From: Myxococcales bacterium | GTDB lineage: Bacteria > Myxococcota_A > Polyangia > Polyangiales > Polyangiaceae | Direction: 5' to 3' | Length of the DNA: 59,663 nucleotides | Assembly (NCBI GenBank): GCA_003154095.1 | Contig: PMCK01000061.1 | Span: 1-59,663 of the forward strand | Shown here: piece after piece, positions 1 to 7,945 of the stretch | Position numbering within the stretch: position 1 is the first letter of the stretch | How the letters are laid out: each line of letters opens with the position of its first letter | Made by a program: the position numbers and the translations under genes | The notes under the pieces: model-generated | Told to the model about the DNA's origin: nothing | What the model saw: only the letters and a program-made list of their open reading frames with translations | The model's database searches: none

Positions 1-3
1 TAC

Positions 4-3000
4 TTGGCGGATTTGCCCACTGAACCAGCGCAACTTCGCCAACGTGTCTACACGGACCAGTCTGAAACCGATGCGGCGGTTCGCAACGAGAAGCTGCGCG
101 CGCTACGCGATCAGAAGATCCCAGCGACGGGGCATCCGGTGCGCCGCTATTCTGCGCAATGGGACCCGGAGTCGCGCACGCCTGCACTCGCTCTGCCGCC
201 GCAATGTCCGGCAACCTTGCCGGAGAACGTCGAGGCTTGGCGAAAGAACTGGCAGCGCTGGGCGGACGTGCACGTGGCTGGCCTCGACGTGAATGAGGAT
301 GCGGCGCAGGGCGCCATTGCGGAAGCGCATAACGAGAAGCTAACCCGTGGACGTCTGGGTGACTTTGCCGTCGGCCAACGCCCGCTCGACGAGGTGATCC
401 TCGAAGATTTGAAGCAAGCGATCACCGAGCGCTTCCCCGATCACGTGGAGGCTGGTGAGCAATCCGATCTCCAGCGGGAGCTGGACTTGCAGGAGGAGCT
501 GATCGCCGCAGCGTCCGAAGGCTTCATCGGCCGAGTCGATGATCTCGCGGAGCTCGACGCCCACGTTGACAGCGACGACACGCGCCTTTTCGCGGTGGCC
601 GCTGCCGGCGGCATTGGCAAGACGACACTCTTGGCCAAGTGGATCGCCGATCGACGTGATCGCGATGACACAGTGTTCTGTCGGTTCATCGGTGTGGGTG
701 ATCGATCGAGCAGCGTAGACTCGCTGCTGGTCTCGCTCCTCGACGAGCTGCGCGAAGCCGGACGCATCCAGAGTGAGATCCCGACGGATCCGAAGAAGCT
801 ACGCGAGAAACTGCCGGAACTACTCGCCGAATGCGGAAAACACGGCCGGGCGATCGTCGTCATTGATGCCCTGAATCAGTTCGATAGTGGCCTTGCCGAT
901 CTCGAGTGGTTGCCGAAATCGATGCCCGATGGGCTCAAGATGGTCGTCAGTTTCAAGACTGGCACGATCGTGGCCGACGAGCTGCTAGCACGCTGGCGAA
1001 GCAGCAACGTTGCTGTCCACGAGTGCCACGGTTTCGAGAACATCGAGGATCGCAAGAAGCTGGTGACCGGATATCTGGAACGGCACCTGAAGGAACTCGA
1101 CCAGTCGCACCTGGAAGCACTTGTCACCGTGCCCGGCGCCGAGAACCCTCTCTACTTGCGGGTGGTGCTCGGCGAGTTACGCGTCTTCGGGGCTTTCGGG
1201 CAGTTGCGTGAGAAACTGAGGGACGACTTCGGCACTACACCGATCGAAGCGTTTGCAAGCGTGTTGCGGCGGCTGGAGAGCGATCCGGCACACGCTGCGG
1301 TTCCGCCAGCTACCAGCGTGCCGCTCATCTTCGGGTTTCTTGCGCACGCGCACGGCGGGCTGCCGGGGGCTGCCATCGTGGATTTGGTCCATACCGAGGT
1401 ATGCCTAGGACCTGAGCGTCGTGGCGAGGTTGCGGCGAGTGTGGCTTTGGTCTTGCGGCAGTTGCGGCCGTATCTCGCCCACCGCGAAGGGCGCGTCGAT
1501 TTCTTCTATGAGAGTCTTCAGATCGCGGCACAGCAACGCTACACGCGGGCTGACGTTCAATGGCCAGTGCGGAGCGAGACGGTGTGGAACGATGCCCTCG
1601 CGACGTGGTGCATGAAGTGGGAAGGACTCGAAGGCACGAGCAAACGCTATGCCCTGCGTTGGTTGCCGACGCATCTGATGGATGCGGGAAGAGCTGGGGA
1701 CGCGGCTGGAGTGATGACTGAGTTTGGGTATCACTATGCACGGCTTGAGACGCTAGGGGCGAATGATGTGGTCGAGGTTACGAAGGATTTCGCCGCGCTC
1801 GTACGCGCGGAGTTGTCGGCAGAACGGCGTGAGAAGGTCGACACTTGGCAGCGCTTTCACGACGAGATCGCGCATTTCCTACGGCGTCGGGGTATCCATC
1901 CCGAAGTCGAACTGATGCAAAGGGCTTGTGCGCACGCGGATGCAAGCGCCGTTACGCATAGTGCGGAAGCTTGGTTCGAGAAGCACGACCCTAAGCAGTG
2001 GTGGTTCCGCAAGCTTGGCAGACCTCGAACGATCGATGGTCACGCATGGTCGCGGGTGCTGGATGGCCACACCGGCCAGGTACATTCAGTGGCACTTCAC
2101 GCGGATGGGCGGCGAGTTGTGTCGGGCAGCTGGGACAAGACGCTGCGGGTGTGGGACCTGGACACGGGCGAGTGTCTGAGAACGCTGGAGGGTCACGCCA
2201 GTAGTGTCCACTCGGTGGCGCTTCACGCGGATGGGCGGCGAGTTGTGTCGGGCAGCTGGGACAAGACGCTGCGGGTGTGGGACCTGGACACGGGCACATG
2301 TGAGCGCGTTCTGGAGGGCCACAACGGTGGTGTCCACTCAGTGGCGCTTCACGCGGACGGGCGGCGTGCGGTGTCCGGAAGTGGTGAACTAATGCTGCTT
2401 AAGCGGCCCAGTCGCAAGGACTTCACAGTGCGGGTGTGGGACCTGGAAACCGGAGCGTGCCTGCGCGTACTTGAAGGACACACTGGTGACGTCATGTCAG
2501 TGGCGCTTCATCTGGATGGGCGGCGAGTCGTTTCGGGGAGCTGCGACAAAACTGTGCGGGTGTGGGACTTGGAGACTGGAGCGTGCCTATGCGTACTTGA
2601 GGGACACACCAAGGAAGTAACTTCAGTGGCGCTTCATTTGGACGGGCGCCGTGCGGTGTCGGGTAGCAATGACATGACAGTGTTGGTGTGGGACCTGGAC
2701 ACCTGCGCGTCCCTTCCCGTGTTTGACCGCCACACGGGAGATGTTGCCGCTGCCGAGGTTTGCGCGGTTTGCGCGGTTGGTCGGCACGCGGCGACGAGTA
2801 GCACTGACGATACCGTGCGGGTATGGGACTTGGAGACGGGTGCCTGCTTGAAAACCCTCAGGGGCCATTACTCTACCGCCTACTCTGTGGCGCTCCACTT
2901 GGACGGGCGGCGTGCGATCTTGGGTGCCCATGACAAAGTTCAAGTGTGGGACCTGGAGACCGGCGCTTGCCTGCACATGCTGGAGGGACACACCGAGTTT

Positions 3001-3945
3001 GTATCCGCGGTCGCTCTCCACGTGGATGGTCGCCGTGTAATTTCGGGGAGCTTTGACAAGACAGTTCGGGTATGGGACTTGGAAACGGGCGCGTGCCTGA
3101 GTACGCTGGAGGGCCACACCGGGCTTGTCTCTTCGGTCGCGGTTTGCACGGACGGTCGCCGAATAATTTCGGGGAGCCATGACCGGACGCTGAGGGTGTG
3201 GGATCTAGAGACAGGTGCGTGCCTGGGAATACTGAAAGGCCACACTTGGTTTGTCAGTTCGGTTGCGGTTTGCATGGACGGTCGCCGCGCAGTATCGGGA
3301 AGCTATGAGAAGACATTGCGAGTCTGGGATCTCGACTCGGGTGAGTGCTTGCTCTTGCTTCAGGGTCACACTGAGTCGGTCTACTCGGTCGCAGTTTGCA
3401 CAGACGGCCGCCGCGCGGTGTCGGGGAGCCTTGACAAGACACTGCGGGTTTGGGATCTCAAAAACGGCGCATGCCTGGGCGCGTGGTTTGGCGTTAATTC
3501 TTTCAATAATTCAGCTTTGAGCCAGCCCAATGCCAGCGGTCGCGATTATGTAGTGACAGGCTGCCGCGACGGCTCCGTTCATTTCTTTGAACTCCTGCCC
3601 CCGGGTCGCGTCACGCACACCACGCTCGCCGCTTGGTCGCCCACGCATCTGCTCTCGGGTGATATATCGAAACCCGAAGGTGCGTTGCGCTCCTTCTGTC
3701 CAGCGGATGGCGGCAAAGATGAGAGCACGCGTATTGTCTTCTTCGACTCTATAACGCGAAAGGGAAATCATTACGAAATCTACGAAGCCGATAACAAGAG
3801 CGTGGCGCTTTTGTTCCTTCGAGGAGAGGAAGTCCGCGATGAGAGGCACTTTGTTATCGTGAGGACTCCCGAGGGTAATTTCGGCAGGAACTCCGTATCG
3901 ATATTCAACGAATTTACTCAGGAAGTGCTCGAGTCAGTGACCTAG
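4..3945 (+). CDS. STAND (NACHT-type) P-loop NTPase with C-terminal WD40 repeat array; N-terminus may lie outside the window
   Basis: 1313-codon ORF with no in-frame stop back to the window edge. Walker A AAAGGIGKTTLLAKW and Walker B-like RAIVVIDALNQFD. About 12 tandem 42-aa units of form GH..V.SVA...DGRR.VSGS.DKT.RVWDL (WD40), then a non-repeat tail of about 150 aa. Confidence 0.9.
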   Translation: MADLPTEPAQLRQRVYTDQSETDAAVRNEKLRALRDQKIPATGHPVRRYSAQWDPESRTPALALPPQCPATLPENVEAWRKNWQRWADVHVAGLDVNEDAAQGAIAEAHNEKLTRGRLGDFAVGQRPLDEVILEDLKQAITERFPDHVEAGEQSDLQRELDLQEELIAAASEGFIGRVDDLAELDAHVDSDDTRLFAVAAAGGIGKTTLLAKWIADRRDRDDTVFCRFIGVGDRSSSVDSLLVSLLDELREAGRIQSEIPTDPKKLREKLPELLAECGKHGRAIVVIDALNQFDSGLADLEWLPKSMPDGLKMVVSFKTGTIVADELLARWRSSNVAVHECHGFENIEDRKKLVTGYLERHLKELDQSHLEALVTVPGAENPLYLRVVLGELRVFGAFGQLREKLRDDFGTTPIEAFASVLRRLESDPAHAAVPPATSVPLIFGFLAHAHGGLPGAAIVDLVHTEVCLGPERRGEVAASVALVLRQLRPYLAHREGRVDFFYESLQIAAQQRYTRADVQWPVRSETVWNDALATWCMKWEGLEGTSKRYALRWLPTHLMDAGRAGDAAGVMTEFGYHYARLETLGANDVVEVTKDFAALVRAELSAERREKVDTWQRFHDEIAHFLRRRGIHPEVELMQRACAHADASAVTHSAEAWFEKHDPKQWWFRKLGRPRTIDGHAWSRVLDGHTGQVHSVALHADGRRVVSGSWDKTLRVWDLDTGECLRTLEGHASSVHSVALHADGRRVVSGSWDKTLRVWDLDTGTCERVLEGHNGGVHSVALHADGRRAVSGSGELMLLKRPSRKDFTVRVWDLETGACLRVLEGHTGDVMSVALHLDGRRVVSGSCDKTVRVWDLETGACLCVLEGHTKEVTSVALHLDGRRAVSGSNDMTVLVWDLDTCASLPVFDRHTGDVAAAEVCAVCAVGRHAATSSTDDTVRVWDLETGACLKTLRGHYSTAYSVALHLDGRRAILGAHDKVQVWDLETGACLHMLEGHTEFVSAVALHVDGRRVISGSFDKTVRVWDLETGACLSTLEGHTGLVSSVAVCTDGRRIISGSHDRTLRVWDLETGACLGILKGHTWFVSSVAVCMDGRRAVSGSYEKTLRVWDLDSGECLLLLQGHTESVYSVAVCTDGRRAVSGSLDKTLRVWDLKNGACLGAWFGVNSFNNSALSQPNASGRDYVVTGCRDGSVHFFELLPPGRVTHTTLAAWSPTHLLSGDISKPEGALRSFCPADGGKDESTRIVFFDSITRKGNHYEIYEADNKSVALLFLRGEEVRDERHFVIVRTPEGNFGRNSVSIFNEFTQEVLESVT
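2050..3490 (+). repeat. 126-nt periodic coding repeats (WD40 units) with partly homogenised DNA
   Basis: 75-nt perfect identity between 2095-2169 and 2221-2295. The same unit recurs with a 126-nt period across the region. 9-nt tandem duplication gtttgcgcg at 2757-2774 inside one degenerate unit. Confidence 0.9.
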
Positions 3946-3980
3946 CCCACGATTTGCTAGCCTCGTCGTCGATGTAGCGT

Positions 3981-4125
3981 CCCACTGGCGGCATGCACCG
4001 GGAGATTCAATGAACGAGCTACTGGCCTGCTGCCGAACCGTTCCAGCATCTGCGTCCCTGCTGCAGGTAACTGTCGTCGGCCATTCGTTCTGGTTCCACG
4101 CGTCACGGAAAAGTCAGAAACCAGC
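3981..4125. repeat. Copy A of a dispersed ~145-bp repeat (partner at 11044-11188)
   Basis: Colinear, gap-free alignment to 11044-11188, roughly 70 percent identity by eye. Identical blocks atgaacgagcta and gcgtcacggaaaagtcagaaa. Confidence 0.7.
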
Positions 4126-4432
4126 AATACAAGTCGCCCGGCGCGGTCGCCATCCGTGCAGTTTAAGGAGACAAAACTCCGAAGCGCCGAAACGCCTCGC
4201 CGCATGAATGAATCAAGAATGAATGATCCGTCGGCAGCAACGATGCTTGCGTGCCTTTGATCCAAGTGCCGCTCAAAACAATCCAAATTTACATAGCGAT
4301 GCGAATTGGTGCGTGCACGAGGTAGACAATGCCAGCCCGCAGCTGATCGTACCATCCGCCTCGGTATCAGCTCAGAGCGTCGGGAGTGAAGCAACCCAGT
4401 CCACTACGGAAACTGCACCTGAACAGGAACCA

Positions 4433-4700
4433 CACTGTTCATCGTATCTGAAGCGACAGGAGCGCACCTGCCGACAGCTCGGCAATCCCGACGGGCTTGC
4501 CAGGAGCCTCGCGAATCAAGCGATAATCCAATGAGAATCGCGGTCAGATTCAATGCGCTCGCCACCTCGCCGAAGAAACCGAGCGGCCACAGAGTCGACG
4601 AGAAACGGCTACCTGTCGCCACCCGCCGTATCCGTGCCGCACCAACCAAAAGAAACGCAACAAGCCGACAACCAAGCCCTAACATCGACGCATGACCGCG
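4433..4700 (+). pseudogene. Decayed remnant of a TPR (TPR_12-like) repeat protein
   Basis: ORF 4223-4534 ends YLKRQERTCRQLGNPDGLARSLANQAIIQ*, a typical TPR_12 hairpin of STAND-associated TPR arrays. After the stop a shifted frame still reads RGQIQCARHLAEETER. No upstream domain or credible start. Confidence 0.3.
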
Positions 4701-4798
4701 CGCACTCCCTTCTCGACACCGCAAAGCTGCCCCTGCGCAAGCAGCGCGCAATGTCCGCCTTTTTGAGGTAACCTCGCTCAATCGAAAAGGTTGAATCC

Positions 4799-7700
4799 AT
4801 GTCACCCGACTCACCATCTCCAACTCTCTGGCAAGAACGAGCCATTTTCGTATCAAGCACTTTCCGCGATATGCACTCGGAACGCGATTGTTTGCGTGAC
4901 CACGTGTTCTGCCCTGCGTTCGTTGAGCGGTTGCGCGACCGCCGTTGCCATCTTGTGCCCATCGATCTGCGATGGGGCGTCGACACTGTGGGACTTGAAG
5001 CGAAAGAGGCCACGGTCTTGCAGGTGTGCTTTGATGAGGTCTGCCGGGCGAAGCCTCTGATGCTCGTGATACTGGGCGACCGCTATGGCTGGGTGCCGCC
5101 TCATCTGCAAACGGCGGCTGTCTTTCAAGCGAATGGCCTGCCGATTCACGACTTTTCCGGCAAGAGCGTGACGGCGCTCGAAATCGAGTACGGGGCTCTC
5201 ACCGACGATGGAGACGCGCGAGTTCTGTTTCTGTTTCGGGATCTGGATACGGACAACGGGTACCGCTTGATGCAGGATTCGGAACGGAAAGTCTTCGATG
5301 ACCGGGCTTCGGGATATACGGAGAATTGGTCGCGACTCAAGCAACTGAAAGCCGCCATTCGCGAGCGTTATCCAAATCAATGTCACGACTACACGCCGCG
5401 TTGGGACCCAGTAGCTCAACGCCTCGTATTGCCCGATGAGTGGCCAGGTCTAGTTCAGGACGAGCTCTGGAAGTTGATTGATGCAGAGACCCATGATCGC
5501 GTTCGGTCCAAGCCGACTCGTTGGGAGGAATTGGCACGTCGAGATCTACTCGATGAGGTCGAGGTGCGTCTGCATGGCATCGAGAAGCAGGCGCAGCAAA
5601 CAGGTATGGCGCACGGTACGAACGTACATCGTTCGACGCACGAGAACCTGCTCGCTTTCGCTCGCGGACAGGCCGACCCCGATCAACGGGCCCTGTGTCT
5701 CATGGGCGATTCAGGGAGCGGAAAGAGCGTGCTTTTCGCGCGGCTCGCTCGCGAACTCGGAGCGTACTCGGAAATGCCGAATCCAGCAGGCATGTCAAGC
5801 ACCGCACCCGTAGTTCTCGCGCACATGGTGGGCGCGGGCTTGAACTCGACCGATCCGCTGCATCTGCTCAAACGCTGGTGTCGCGAGCTCTCCGAGTTAC
5901 TGGGTCCACCCGTATCTGACTACGAAGGCGTTTTCGCGCTGCGCGCGATGCGCGACGAATTTCAATACTTACTTGCGGAGACCTCATCGAACCGAGATGT
6001 CATCCTGCTTCTGGACGGCCTCGATCAAATGGACCCCTCGCCAGACGCCAAGAATCTTTCGTGGCTTCCACATCGCCTTCCGATGCGCACGCAGCTTGTC
6101 GTGACGACCACACGCTGTGACGCCGCAACAGTGCTAATCGAACGGCCGGGCGCGCGTCAACTGCCACTCCCTGCGTTGAATGAGGACGATGCCAAGAACA
6201 TAGTCCAAGCCCATTGTGGAAGGTACCACAAGTCTCCCAATGAAAGCCTCGTCTCAGCCGTGGCACGACGCGCACTGCAGGGACTGAAGGCGGATTCCGA
6301 GCGAGCGCTTTGGGTATCGATTGTCGTCGAGCGCCTGCTTCTGCTCGACGCCGAGGACTTCGCAAAGATTGAACCGGGCGATCCGGGTTCCGCGGATGCA
6401 CGAATCCTGAGCCACCAGTTGGATCTGGTAAAGGAACTGCCGCTGGATATTGGACCATTGCACGAGAAGATTTTCGAGCGAGCTCAAAGTAGCGAAAGAA
6501 GCTGGGTGCCCGATTGTTTGGCGCTCATCTCCGTGAGCCGGCAGGGCTTGCGGGAACGTGAGTTGCGAAACCTGCTCGGCATCGCAGCCCCAGAGCACGA
6601 TCTGGCTGTTGCAGCGACACGACGAATCCTCCGGGGGCATGTTCGCGTTCGCAAGGGCCTGGAAACTTGGGATTTTCTGCACGCTTCCCCGAGGCTTCAT
6701 TTGCTGAAGGTGATCGACGCCGGCAAGTACTGCAATCTGAACGCGCGCATTGCCCAGCAGTTGTGCACGTTGCCACCAGACGACGTTCTCCGCGGCGAGA
6801 TCATGCACCATCTGATCGAAGCAGGTAAAGCAGCCGAAGCAGCCGAATACTTCGGTGGTAGCCTGGAAGGCTTCGAGCGCTCTGCCGCGGTTCGTGCGTT
6901 GGTGGACCATGTTGTTGCCGCCGAGATCGGAACGCACCATTTCGACTTCATTTACGAACTCGTTGCGTCCGCTCAACCGAGTGATCGCCGGGCGCGCATT
7001 GCGCGTCGACTCATCTTCGATGTCACGGACAAGCTTGCGGCAGTTACTCGAATCGACACCCGGGAGCAGTTGATTGAACGATGTATCGTCGCGCTAGATG
7101 ACGTCATTGAGAATCCAACGCAAGGCGTCAATCGGGTCGAAGCCCAGCATGACTTGCTCGAAGCATGGCGCAAGCGCCGGTCGCTTCGGATTGCAAAGAA
7201 CGATCCGCGTGGAGCAATGCTAGCAGCTCGTCGCGTCATCGATCTGGCCGAAGCTCTCCGCGAGGCCGAACCCACGAATTCCGAATGGGTGCACGATTCG
7301 ATGATCGCCCATGCCGATTGGGGTGACACACTCGATAAACTGGGCGACTTGAGCGAGGCCCGGGCGGCCTATGAGGCAGCTCTCGATTGTTCCGATCAAC
7401 TCGTAAATAGCTATCGGGAAACCGATCCACATAAGTTCGCGCGTGCTGCCGTGGCAAGTCGCGCTGGCGCGTATCTGATGAAATCAGGCGATCTTGTCGC
7501 GGCCCGCTGCGCCCTGGAAGAAGCGCTGGAAGCACTCGAATCACTCTTCGACCCTGGCCGAACGCGGCCGGAAGTAGAACGTTCCCTGGCTGCCGTGCAC
7601 CGAATGTTCGGTGAGCTAACGAGAGCGGAAGATGCGTCTCAGTGGGAAACATCCCTGGAGCACTTCAGGACTGCAATCGAATTTCTGAGTGATCTGCGAA

Positions 7701-7945
7701 CCGACGATCCGAGAAACCGCGCAATCCTTCATGACGTTGCCCGGATTCACGGTGTCACAGGTGATATCCTACGTGCTCAGGCACGCAGCAATGACGCTCT
7801 TTCGGCGTATTGCGAAGCGCTGAACTTGCTGCGCGTTCTCGCGTCATTGGACCCGGACAACTCAGAGTGCCAGCACGATATGGATCTGTGCAAATTGTGG
7901 ATTAGGGATCTGGATCCGGATCTTGACCCGGATTCTTCGGCTTAG
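4799..7945 (+). CDS. STAND NTPase: DUF4062-type N-terminal module + NACHT P-loop + C-terminal TPR-like helical repeats
   Basis: N-terminus AIFVSSTFRDMHSERDCLRDHVF...LVPIDLRWGV. Walker A CLMGDSGSGKSVLFARL and Walker B DVILLLDGLDQMD. The C-terminal ~350 aa are helical-repeat-like (GDLSEARAAYEAALD, GDLVAARCALEEALE). Confidence 0.85.
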   Translation: MSPDSPSPTLWQERAIFVSSTFRDMHSERDCLRDHVFCPAFVERLRDRRCHLVPIDLRWGVDTVGLEAKEATVLQVCFDEVCRAKPLMLVILGDRYGWVPPHLQTAAVFQANGLPIHDFSGKSVTALEIEYGALTDDGDARVLFLFRDLDTDNGYRLMQDSERKVFDDRASGYTENWSRLKQLKAAIRERYPNQCHDYTPRWDPVAQRLVLPDEWPGLVQDELWKLIDAETHDRVRSKPTRWEELARRDLLDEVEVRLHGIEKQAQQTGMAHGTNVHRSTHENLLAFARGQADPDQRALCLMGDSGSGKSVLFARLARELGAYSEMPNPAGMSSTAPVVLAHMVGAGLNSTDPLHLLKRWCRELSELLGPPVSDYEGVFALRAMRDEFQYLLAETSSNRDVILLLDGLDQMDPSPDAKNLSWLPHRLPMRTQLVVTTTRCDAATVLIERPGARQLPLPALNEDDAKNIVQAHCGRYHKSPNESLVSAVARRALQGLKADSERALWVSIVVERLLLLDAEDFAKIEPGDPGSADARILSHQLDLVKELPLDIGPLHEKIFERAQSSERSWVPDCLALISVSRQGLRERELRNLLGIAAPEHDLAVAATRRILRGHVRVRKGLETWDFLHASPRLHLLKVIDAGKYCNLNARIAQQLCTLPPDDVLRGEIMHHLIEAGKAAEAAEYFGGSLEGFERSAAVRALVDHVVAAEIGTHHFDFIYELVASAQPSDRRARIARRLIFDVTDKLAAVTRIDTREQLIERCIVALDDVIENPTQGVNRVEAQHDLLEAWRKRRSLRIAKNDPRGAMLAARRVIDLAEALREAEPTNSEWVHDSMIAHADWGDTLDKLGDLSEARAAYEAALDCSDQLVNSYRETDPHKFARAAVASRAGAYLMKSGDLVAARCALEEALEALESLFDPGRTRPEVERSLAAVHRMFGELTRAEDASQWETSLEHFRTAIEFLSDLRTDDPRNRAILHDVARIHGVTGDILRAQARSNDALSAYCEALNLLRVLASLDPDNSECQHDMDLCKLWIRDLDPDLDPDSSA

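Noticed and set aside
2050-3490. Regularly spaced repeats that could suggest a CRISPR array
   Set aside because: The 126-nt period equals one 42-aa WD40 unit, the 'spacers' are also conserved and in frame, there are no short palindromic repeats, and no cas genes are in the window.
6254-6976. 240-aa minus-strand ORF
   Set aside because: Antisense shadow inside the DUF4062-NACHT-TPR gene, with no motifs.
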